DNA of 64,000 nucleotides from an uncultured Verrucomicrobiae bacterium (GTDB lineage Bacteria; Chlamydiota; Chlamydiia; Chlamydiales; Rhabdochlamydiaceae): NCBI GenBank assembly GCA_963833965.1, contig CAWHZZ010000001.1, positions 520,274 to 584,273 of the forward strand, read 5' to 3'. Shown piece by piece: positions 54,398 to 64,000 of this stretch (position 1 is its first letter; each line of letters starts with the position of its first letter). The notes under the pieces were generated by a model. It saw only the letters and a program-made list of their open reading frames with translations, ran no database searches and was not told where the DNA came from. The position numbers and the translations under genes were made by a program.

Positions 54398-54871
54398 ATG
54401 TCAAGAAGAAGACGAGCTGTGAAAAGAGAGACCGAGCCGGATCCTCTGTACAACAGCTATGTTTTAACGAAGTTTATCAACAAAGTCATGATCAGCGGCA
54501 ATAAATCAGTTGCCCGCCGCATTGTCTACAATGCGATCGAAAAGTTCGCTAAAAAAATCAAAGCTGAAGATCCTCTAGTCGCTTTTGAGCAAGCTCTAGA
54601 AAATGCCAAACCTTCCCTCGAAGTCAAATCGCGTCGTATCGGGGGCGCGACCTATCAAGTCCCTGTCGAGATCGCTGCCGACCGCCGTACAGCAATGGCG
54701 ATGCAGTGGATCATCAAGCACTCTCGTGAAAAAGCTGGCCGTCCCATGGAAGAAGCCCTTGCCACTGAATTGATCGATTGCTTCAACAACCAAGGTGCGA
54801 CGATCAAGAAAAAAGACGACACGCATCGCATGGCAGAAGCGAACCGCGCCTTTGCGCACTATAAATGGTAA
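54398..54871 (+). CDS. rpsG: 30S ribosomal protein S7
   Basis: MSRRRRAVKRETEPDPLYNS...RIGGATYQVPVEI. Confidence 0.95.
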   Translation: MSRRRRAVKRETEPDPLYNSYVLTKFINKVMISGNKSVARRIVYNAIEKFAKKIKAEDPLVAFEQALENAKPSLEVKSRRIGGATYQVPVEIAADRRTAMAMQWIIKHSREKAGRPMEEALATELIDCFNNQGATIKKKDDTHRMAEANRAFAHYKW

Positions 54872-54883
54872 GAGGAAAACTAT

Positions 54884-56989
<2,106 letters not shown>

Positions 56990-56998
56990 AATAAGAAT

Positions 56999-57316
56999 AT
57001 GGGCAAACAATCAAGACAAAAAATACGCATTCGACTCAAGGGCTATGATCAGCGCGTTCTCGATCGCGCAGCCGTTGATATCGTCGAAACAGCCAAGCGC
57101 ACGGGCGCTCGCATTGCCGGCCCGATCCCTCTTCCCACAAAAAGAGAGATCTACACCGTCCTGCGATCACCCCACGTCGACCGCAAGTCGCGCGAGCAGT
57201 TTGAGATCCGCACGCACATTCGCATGCTCGACATCCTCAACCCTACGCCCGACACCATCGACAAGTTGAAAGTTCTCCCTGTCGCTGCCGGCGTCGACAT
57301 CAAAATCAAAGCATAA
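56999..57316 (+). CDS. rpsJ: 30S ribosomal protein S10
   Basis: [41 protein letters not shown]. Confidence 0.95.
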   Translation: MGKQSRQKIRIRLKGYDQRVLDRAAVDIVETAKRTGARIAGPIPLPTKREIYTVLRSPHVDRKSREQFEIRTHIRMLDILNPTPDTIDKLKVLPVAAGVDIKIKA

Positions 57317-57330
57317 TTGCTTTTTCTGAT

Positions 57331-57358
57331 TGCATAGGAGGCGATGGCCTCCTATGCA
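57331..57358. terminator. Perfect 12-bp stem-loop between convergent rpsJ and the 823-aa gene
   Basis: TGCATAGGAGGC-gatg-GCCTCCTATGCA. No clear U-tract on either strand. Confidence 0.45.
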
Positions 57359-57547
57359 TTGACATGCCAAGTCTTTCTTTTTGAAAACAAATTATTTAAT
57401 CCAAGCGTGCATTGAAGAAATCTCCTCCTCGTAAAGGAGGAGTTCTTCGACGGTTAAGGGCGGGCGCTCTTCGTCACCCGAGAGAAATACGTAGCTCGGC
57501 TAACCCGCCCCTGAAGGAGCAGGACTGCGCTCGAGGGTACCGTTCAA

Positions 57548-60019
57548 TCAAACAGCGAACGATCCGCCATCCCATTTTTCAGGTGGTGTCTCAAAATAGG
57601 GCGCCGTTCCGTTCCTATATAGCATTCCATTCCCTGACTCACCTAAAAATGAGGTTGCATTACCGTTTTGCTGGGCTTGGGGCACATACTCTCCAACTAA
57701 AGAAGTCAAATAGGGCCTTGTCTTTTTATTATTAGGATTACACTCTTTGACAAAAGGCTTGTTTTCAAATGTTTCGTCGACGGCCCCAAGAAATGCATTT
57801 AAATGCGCTCGCGCTTCAACGCCAAGAACAAACGAACTTTCTTCTGTTATCTTCGGGTCCCTGAATCCCATTTCAAGTGCTTTCCATCTGGTCTGGCAGA
57901 GCACACCTCTGACCAATCCGAAAGTGACTATTTCAGTCAACTTGCCGTTGGCTGATAACTTTGCGAATTGCTGAATAAAGAATTGATTCTCAAACCTTTT
58001 TTTGTACTCTTCGTTCAATGGTGCGACCTTGGGAGCATTGTTCAGTTCCTGTAAAGCATCTCTAGCTGCTCTTTGTTTATTATTCTCTTGGGTATGTATC
58101 TTGGATAAGTCAGCAATGTCCTTAGCATGCTTGACTTTTGCCTTTTCCAGATCAAGCTCTGCGTCTTTAACACGTTCAGAGATCCCTCCTACCTTCGTAA
58201 GTTCGTCCCCCACTTTCCACTTAAGCGCTAGTGTCGATGAACGCTGAGCAGAGACGTCACTTATGTCAACCTTTAATTTTTCTATTGAGTTATTTAATAA
58301 CTTAATATTATCTTCACTTTTTCGTTTCAACTCTTTAATTTTTAAATCACCTGGATTATCACATTCATTTTTAATGTAACCCTCGTTCACCTTAGCGAGT
58401 CTGTTGTACATTTTTATTTTTTCTTTAAGATTTTCATCCAGGATCTTTTCTTTCTCTGCTAATTCTTTAAGCTTACTAACATGTTCTTTTTGTTCATTTT
58501 CTAGTGTTTCTTTTTCTGCAACCAAAGAAGCCATTTTTTTTTGCAGTTGATTAATATTATCTTCTGATTCTTTAAAGACTCCTTTTATTGCTTTATCCCA
58601 AATTGCACTTGTCATTAAATTCGACAGTAATTCCGCACGTTTTTCTGCTGTCACATCGACACTAAAATCAAGTATTAAATTCGCTTCCACTTCACTTAGT
58701 ATCTTTCCATTTTTTATAACATCGTTGAATGATGGCACATCCTTCAACTCCACTGGTAACACCTGCTTCTTTGGCGTACTTTCTTCAGGTTTCCCAATAG
58801 CGGATAATGTGACTTTAGGAGCAATTTTAAGAGTTAGTTTATTTGTTTTTTTGGCTATATTTAACGTAACTCTTTTATTAGCTACTGTTGCGGGCGTCGC
58901 TGAAGAACTTGATGCAGGGAGCTCAGCAGCTATTGTTGTTTCAGCTGTCACCGAAGGATTTGGTGTAGACGAATTGCTTGATATAGAGGGTTCTTCTGTT
59001 GACGTTTGAGGCGTCGCTGAAGAACTTGATGCAGGGAGCTCAGCAGCTATTGTTGTTTCAGCTGTCACCGAAGGATTTGGTGTAGACGAATTGCTTGATA
59101 TAGAGGGTTCTTCTGTTGACGTTTGAGGCGTCGCTGAAGAACTTGATGCAGGGAGCTCAGCTACTTCAGCTGTCACTGTAGGATTTGGTGCAGGCGAATC
59201 GCTTGATACAGAGGGTTCTTCTGTTGTCGCTTCAGGCGTTGCTGAAGAACTTGATGCAGGGAGCTCAGCTACTTCAGCTGTCACCGAAGGATTTGGTGTA
59301 GACGAATTGCTTGATATAGAGGGTTCTTCTGTTGACGTTTGAGGCGTCGCTGAAGAACTTAATACAGGGGATTCAGCTGTCACTGAAGGATTTGGTCCAG
59401 GCGAATTGCTTGATACAGTGGGTTCAGCTGTTGGTTCTTGAGGCGGCGCTGAAGGACTCGGTGCAGACGAAATGCTTGATACAGTGGGTTCAGTTGTTGG
59501 CGCTTCAGGCGGCGCTGAAGAGCTCGACGAAAAGAGCGGAATTATCGTTGCTTTGGAGGAGGAAGAAGATGTTGTTTCAATTGTCTCGGACGGCAATTCA
59601 GCATTTGCATCTAGAAGTGTTTCAAGGTTCCATGTATCTAAAAGCTCTTTGCGTTTGGCAGCATCGTCTTCGGTATAGTTGACATGTCCACTGACATCAA
59701 TTTCTCTATCAGATGATTCTCCCACTTCCTGTGTAAAATCCTCTACGCTCAGGCCATCCAAGTCGATATCAGCACTTTCTATAAATTGATTATTAATTTG
59801 GTTTAAAACATAACGAGCCACTTTTTCTACCACCTTTCCGATATCAACTTTTAGCGCTTTCCCGTCCAAGGCTTCGTTGTCAAAAAGAGTGAATTCGTAT
59901 TCTCTCTCAATATCGTTTTGTACAATTTTAAGTGTCCCCTTTCCTGAATTGGGTTGAACAGTTGCTTGAACTCGAGCCGCAATACTTGTTGCTGGACTAG
60001 ATTGTATTGTTATTGCCAT
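57548..60019 (-). CDS. Large repeat-containing protein (Ser/Thr/Pro-rich tandem modules plus a coiled-coil region); candidate surface protein or effector
   Basis: 823-aa ORF. Modules of 36-39 aa of the type TPQTSTEEPSISSNSSTPNPSVTAETTIAAELPASSSSA repeat in the central part. The second half is rich in K/E heptad-like sequence. Confidence 0.75.
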   Translation of the reverse strand: MAITIQSSPATSIAARVQATVQPNSGKGTLKIVQNDIEREYEFTLFDNEALDGKALKVDIGKVVEKVARYVLNQINNQFIESADIDLDGLSVEDFTQEVGESSDREIDVSGHVNYTEDDAAKRKELLDTWNLETLLDANAELPSETIETTSSSSSKATIIPLFSSSSSAPPEAPTTEPTVSSISSAPSPSAPPQEPTAEPTVSSNSPGPNPSVTAESPVLSSSATPQTSTEEPSISSNSSTPNPSVTAEVAELPASSSSATPEATTEEPSVSSDSPAPNPTVTAEVAELPASSSSATPQTSTEEPSISSNSSTPNPSVTAETTIAAELPASSSSATPQTSTEEPSISSNSSTPNPSVTAETTIAAELPASSSSATPATVANKRVTLNIAKKTNKLTLKIAPKVTLSAIGKPEESTPKKQVLPVELKDVPSFNDVIKNGKILSEVEANLILDFSVDVTAEKRAELLSNLMTSAIWDKAIKGVFKESEDNINQLQKKMASLVAEKETLENEQKEHVSKLKELAEKEKILDENLKEKIKMYNRLAKVNEGYIKNECDNPGDLKIKELKRKSEDNIKLLNNSIEKLKVDISDVSAQRSSTLALKWKVGDELTKVGGISERVKDAELDLEKAKVKHAKDIADLSKIHTQENNKQRAARDALQELNNAPKVAPLNEEYKKRFENQFFIQQFAKLSANGKLTEIVTFGLVRGVLCQTRWKALEMGFRDPKITEESSFVLGVEARAHLNAFLGAVDETFENKPFVKECNPNNKKTRPYLTSLVGEYVPQAQQNGNATSFLGESGNGMLYRNGTAPYFETPPEKWDGGSFAV
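58894..59530 (-). repeat. In-frame 117/108-bp tandem repeats inside the 823-aa gene
   Basis: GCGTCGCTGAAG recurs at 58894, 59011 and 59128 (period 117; the first two units are identical by eye). Variants then follow at 59236 and 59344 (period 108). Confidence 0.85.
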
Positions 60020-60325
60020 GAAGCCTCATTAAAAATAGTTATATTTTTTATATCGATACATCTCTACATTCTTTATTATAACCCAATATTATTTTAAAAC
60101 AAACTTAATATAATATTTTTTTTCACATTATCAATCACAAGTAATTGAAAACCAGTGAATTGGAATTTTTTTTTAAAAGAACTTATGGGAATGCAAGCTA
60201 TTAAGCCTCTGTAATTTAGCGACAGATATTGAAACCTCTAGTCAAAAGTGCTTAAAAATGATGAGGTTACAGGAGTAATCTCAGAGAAAACGGATTCAAG
60301 GTAACAAAGAGCGCATCACTTTTTG

Positions 60326-60410
60326 AGGGTGTAAGGGCGGGAACTTGGGCCCTCAGAGTCATCAGGCTGATCTTGGTAAATGAGATCGTCGTAGCCGACG
60401 GGGGGGCCCG
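60326..60410 (-). pseudogene. Relic of the 3' end of a paralog of the 61203..61577 lipoprotein gene
   Basis: The minus-strand translation PPVGYDDLIYQDQPDDSEGPSSRPYTL matches the C-terminus RPPAYDLIYQDQPNYPEYPSSSLTP of the intact gene. The DNA similarity is visible against 61203..61280. Confidence 0.65.
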
Positions 60411-60612
60411 GCGTCTATTTTGAACACATATCAATGAAATCCCTTTTTTTGATTGGACAGGAGATCGGAATCTCCTAGGGCGTAATATCTAAATCGATGT
60501 TTATTAGCAACTTATGGATATTGGATAGTTAAAAAAGATTATTGAAAGTAATAATAAAATAAATTATAATTTATTACATAAAATAACCATTTTAATAGGC
60601 AATATAATATAT

Positions 60613-61155
60613 ATGACTAATCCAACAAATGAAATTCAAGGAATAAACCAATTTCTTTTAATTCCCGAGGAAGGAAATATCATTAAAATCTTTGGGTTTT
60701 TAGATTTGAAAACTCTGGGAAGAGTAGAACAAGTCTGTTCCTATTTTAAAAGACTGCAAAATAATGAGCCGCTATGGACAATTTCATTAGGTTCAAATCC
60801 CTGGGACAATTGTGTTGTCGATCTTCGAAATAAAACCATCACAATCCCTGGGTGGTGTTCAGATATTAAATGCGTACCCGCAATGAATAGTCCTGCTATT
60901 CCGAGGAGGTCATTTGTCGTCTATACTTACGGACCCCGATGCATCCCCTGCGCTGTCATAAAAAATAAAGCTGGTTCAGTAGAAAACATAGATGACGTAC
61001 GTTGGAATGCTAACAATCCTTTTGTTGTCGAATTTAGGGATCAAAAATCTCAATACTTTCAAATTAAGTCCACTTCAAATGCAGAGTCAAATGGGACTAA
61101 TATTAAAGGAATGCAAGACAATAAAGTATTGAAATGGCTCAAAAATGCCACTTAA
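60613..61155 (+). CDS. F-box domain protein
   Basis: IPEEGNIIKIFGFLDLKTLGRVEQVCSYFKRLQNNEPLW is a good F-box match; 180 aa. Confidence 0.72.
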   Translation: MTNPTNEIQGINQFLLIPEEGNIIKIFGFLDLKTLGRVEQVCSYFKRLQNNEPLWTISLGSNPWDNCVVDLRNKTITIPGWCSDIKCVPAMNSPAIPRRSFVVYTYGPRCIPCAVIKNKAGSVENIDDVRWNANNPFVVEFRDQKSQYFQIKSTSNAESNGTNIKGMQDNKVLKWLKNAT

Positions 61156-61202
61156 TTTAGCACATAGGGATCACAAGATCTTCTATGCGCTCTCTGAAGT
61201 TT

Positions 61203-61577
61203 TCAGGGCGTAAGGCTGGAGCTTGGGTACTCAGGATAATTGGGCTGATCTTGGTAAATGAGGTCGTATGCGGGCGGGCGCTCGCGCTTCATATACTTTC
61301 CGATGACGTGGCCGTCTTTCACAATTAGAAAATAATGGTTTTCAGCGGCGATGCTATTTCCAACACTGATCCGCTCAATGTATTCATATTCTTGGGAACC
61401 GTCTTTTTTGTTGTGCACCGCATAGGGCTCACCGACTTCCGCTTTGACGACGGAAATCGGGGTCCCGGTTTGAATCTCGTCATAGTTTGTATTTGTCATG
61501 ACAGCGGGTCGGGAAAAGCAACTTGTTAGAAGCACCAATGATAAAAACAGAGAAAGGCTTAACTTGTTTGCTTCCAT
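61203..61577 (-). CDS. Putative lipoprotein (BamE/SmpA-OmlA-like size and pattern)
   Basis: Signal peptide with the lipobox LLTSC; 124 aa. The fold assignment is tentative. Confidence 0.6.
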   Translation of the reverse strand: MEANKLSLSLFLSLVLLTSCFSRPAVMTNTNYDEIQTGTPISVVKAEVGEPYAVHNKKDGSQEYEYIERISVGNSIAAENHYFLIVKDGHVIGKYMKRERPPAYDLIYQDQPNYPEYPSSSLTP

Positions 61578-62008
61578 ACCCGTCCTTGGATCAATGTGCG
61601 GAATTGATCACTTGTCGCATATTCAGCGCGCATTAAGTAATTGTTCTCATCTTGTTTCTCATAGAGCTCGAATCCTTCAAAGCCGATGTCGATGATGCGA
61701 AATTCCCAAGCGATGACTTTTTCGCTGATGAGGCCGGTTCCTGTGACGCGACCTAGGGCCTGATTTTCTAGATCGATATGAAACTCGCCGCTATTCATGT
61801 TGTAAATTAAAAATTCGTTATGCATGACGTCGGACAACCCTTTGACTTGGATCTCTTGGAAACATTCGATTCTGCCTTCTCCGTCGACATTGGTGCTATT
61901 CCACCTCGTGAAAAAGGCAAGCTCCTCCGCAACCATATTCAGCTGAATCTTTCCTTGGCCAAGCCAGGAGCTGGGGGTCAGTAAGAAATTGTGGTGTTGA
62001 TTGGACAT
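61559..62008 (-). CDS. Hypothetical protein
   Basis: 149-aa ORF whose start abuts the stop of the upstream FtsW/RodA gene. No motif recognised. Confidence 0.55.
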   Translation of the reverse strand: MSNQHHNFLLTPSSWLGQGKIQLNMVAEELAFFTRWNSTNVDGEGRIECFQEIQVKGLSDVMHNEFLIYNMNSGEFHIDLENQALGRVTGTGLISEKVIAWEFRIIDIGFEGFELYEKQDENNYLMRAEYATSDQFRTLIQGRVWKQTS

Positions 62009-63141
62009 TAAAACATAAACCTTCTGCTATAAATACTTTGCAAAATTCCCAAGGCCGTCATCGTCGATAATACTGAGGACCCCCCATAGGTGATCAACAG
62101 GAGAGGAACCCCGGTGATGGGCAGGAAACCGCACATCATCCCCATATTCACAATCATGTGCATCGCCAAGTAGGTCGTGATCCCCGCGGAGAGCAGCCGC
62201 CCGAAGCGGTCATTAGCCACAGCCGTCACCTGAAAACTAAAATAGATCAAACCGAAAAAAAAGAGCATTAATAAAAAAACTCCTATTAGACCGAACTCCT
62301 CGCCGAACGCCGCGAACACGGAGTCGGTATGGGCGGCCGGGAGCCATTGATGTCCGGTAAACTCGCTTTTATGCCAGCCGCTGCCGCTTAAGCCCCCGAG
62401 GGCGATTGCTGTCTGCGAGGCCTCTTGGTGGTAAGTATGAGGGTTTAGCCGCTCGTATTGGTATTCTTTGATGACACGGGTCGCATAGGGGCGGAAATCA
62501 TCGTGCGAAATAAACCCTAAGAACATCATGCTGACAAAGATAAGCCCTCCAAGGGCCATCAAACTCATGATGTTGACAACCTTTTTTTTTATTCCGCCGA
62601 AATAAAACATCACAAGGGCGATAGGATAGAGCACTAGTGCCGTCCCGAGATCGGGTTGCTTGAGGATGAGCAGAAAAGGAACAAAAACGATCAGCATCGA
62701 GGCGAGGGTAGTGCGCTTGCGATAAGTCTCCCTCCCCTTATTTTCAAGATAAAGGCTCAATGTCATCACGACGATTAGCTTCGCATACTCCGAAGGCTGA
62801 ACATCAAAATTAACGCCAGGGAGCCGATACCAGCGGTGAACATTGTGGATCGCGGGGACAAAGAACAATCCGATGAGCATTAAGAGCATGCCGAAATAGA
62901 GAAACCAGGTCCATTCTTTGAGCTTGCGATAGTCCAAACCTGCAAAAAAAAGGTAGACCGCCCATCCTATCGCAAACCAGCGGATCTGGCCTTTCGCAAC
63001 TGGAGTAAAAAGAGTTTCTTCGCCTATTTCCATCGGGTCCATTGTCGTAGAAGCGATCACTAAAATGCTTACAAACATCAGGATAAGCAGGATCGGAATT
63101 GTCCTTAAATCGATACGGCTAAGATAGCGATGGTCCCACAT
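62008..63141 (-). CDS. FtsW/RodA/SpoVE-family peptidoglycan glycosyltransferase
   Basis: 377-aa polytopic protein with the family-typical segments PDLGTALV, AHTDSVFAAFGEEFG and PLLLITYGGSS. Confidence 0.85.
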   Translation of the reverse strand: MWDHRYLSRIDLRTIPILLILMFVSILVIASTTMDPMEIGEETLFTPVAKGQIRWFAIGWAVYLFFAGLDYRKLKEWTWFLYFGMLLMLIGLFFVPAIHNVHRWYRLPGVNFDVQPSEYAKLIVVMTLSLYLENKGRETYRKRTTLASMLIVFVPFLLILKQPDLGTALVLYPIALVMFYFGGIKKKVVNIMSLMALGGLIFVSMMFLGFISHDDFRPYATRVIKEYQYERLNPHTYHQEASQTAIALGGLSGSGWHKSEFTGHQWLPAAHTDSVFAAFGEEFGLIGVFLLMLFFFGLIYFSFQVTAVANDRFGRLLSAGITTYLAMHMIVNMGMMCGFLPITGVPLLLITYGGSSVLSTMTALGILQSIYSRRFMF

Positions 63142-63239
63142 GCAGTCCCAAGGGGTGAAACAAAAAGATGGATTGTAATTTTAATTGCATTATACTTGGC
63201 TCCCTAAATTGGAGTCAGGCCCTATTTTTTAGAGTTCCT

Positions 63240-63983
63240 ATGACACGCTTAAAAAATATTTACTACATCCATTTCGATACAATCGATTCGACGAACACCT
63301 GGACAAAAAAAAATGCTGCCACGCTCGATTCCGATCAACTCACGTGCGTGACTGCCCTCGAGCAGACATGCGGCCGAGGGCGGTTTCTTCGGAAATGGAT
63401 TTCTCCAAAAGGGCAGAACATTTACGCGACACTCTATTTTTGTCTTCCGCTCGGTTGTGCTTATCTGATTAATTTAGGCCAGATCCTTTCGTTGTCGTGT
63501 GTGACCGTTCTTAAGAAAAAAGGGTTTTCACCCCAAATCAAATGGCCGAATGACCTTTTATTGGAAGGAAAAAAGGTCGCAGGGATTTTGTGCGAAACTG
63601 TGTGTTTTGAGGATCGCATTGGCGTCGCACTAGGCATAGGCATCAATGTCAACATGTCGAAAGAGCTGCTGGAGACGATCGATCAACCCGCGACATCTTT
63701 GGCCCAACTCAGCGGACAAACATGGACACTGGAACAAATTCTCGAGCCTGTGCTCAAACAATTCATAAAGGACCTAGATCTTCTGCAAATAAAAGGCTTT
63801 GAACACTTTCGCCCCACCTATGAAAGCTTGCTCGCGTATAAAGGAGAAACGATTGCCTGCAATGACGGGCTGAAAATGATAAAAGGCATTTGCCATTCAA
63901 TTAATCCAGATGGTAAATTAAATTTACTTTTGCCCAATGGGCAAGTCGCCACTCTCAACGCAGGCGAACTGAAACTGAAGTGA
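63240..63983 (+). CDS. birA: Biotin--[acetyl-CoA-carboxylase] ligase (group I, no N-terminal HTH)
   Basis: Motifs GRGRFLRKWISPKG and KWPNDLLLEGKKVAGIL. The ATG at 63240 is preferred over 63168. Confidence 0.85.
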   Translation: MTRLKNIYYIHFDTIDSTNTWTKKNAATLDSDQLTCVTALEQTCGRGRFLRKWISPKGQNIYATLYFCLPLGCAYLINLGQILSLSCVTVLKKKGFSPQIKWPNDLLLEGKKVAGILCETVCFEDRIGVALGIGINVNMSKELLETIDQPATSLAQLSGQTWTLEQILEPVLKQFIKDLDLLQIKGFEHFRPTYESLLAYKGETIACNDGLKMIKGICHSINPDGKLNLLLPNGQVATLNAGELKLK

Positions 63984-64000
63984 TTGACAGGCTCTAAAGT

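Noticed and set aside
56990-57316. Absence of tuf after fusA as a possible deletion or rearrangement
   Set aside because: As far as I recall, fusA followed directly by rpsJ is the normal chlamydial arrangement, with tuf located elsewhere in those genomes. It is not an anomaly.
57412-57735. 107-aa plus-strand ORF
   Set aside because: It starts inside the palindromic spacer and runs antisense into the 823-aa gene. Its product is Arg-rich junk.

Overview
This 64-kb window looks like part of a Chlamydiae chromosome, most likely an environmental or amoeba-associated lineage. The inference rests on gene content and order: nrdR-dksA-lspA, rpsL-rpsG-fusA-rpsJ with no tuf after fusA, lpxK, a CT441-like tail-specific protease, and many eukaryote-like domain proteins. 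The backbone is housekeeping: kdsD (partial), icd, a 2-oxoacid dehydrogenase E2, lpxK, gmhA, asd, prs, a three-gene RNA-modification operon, cinA, lspA, dksA, nrdR, znuABC-like genes, rplU-rpmA-obg, an ABC transporter, tsp, the str/S10 ribosomal genes, a rodA/ftsW-family gene and birA. Two tRNA genes are present, Ser-GGA and Phe-GAA.

The accessory material falls into six groups:
- Three tandem paralogs (29.9-34.8 kb) pair a class I methyltransferase-like N-terminal domain with C-terminal ankyrin repeats. A protein with a microbial-type PARG macrodomain is transcribed divergently next to them.
- Three F-box-type proteins are present. One is an F-box/WD40 gene broken by a frameshift in an A10 tract.
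- A visibly GC-rich three-gene block (about 40.1-42.8 kb) looks horizontally acquired.
- A hypervariable zone runs from 45.4 to 51.7 kb and ends at tRNA-Phe. It holds a truncated IS3-family element with an intact A AAA AAG slippery site, a HigB/HigA-like pair, an exported kinase and an AbiEi/AbiEii pair.
- That zone also contains six perfect 148-bp tandem units, each carrying the last 17 nt of tRNA-Phe, nested palindromes and a terminator hairpin. The array is closed by a 44-nt partial tRNA copy.
- Several large repeat-rich or membrane-anchored candidate effectors are present.

The tRNA-Phe-derived structured repeat system and the methyltransferase-ankyrin/PARG cluster are the best candidates for undescribed biology. 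All calls come from reading translations and motifs by eye; no database search was run.
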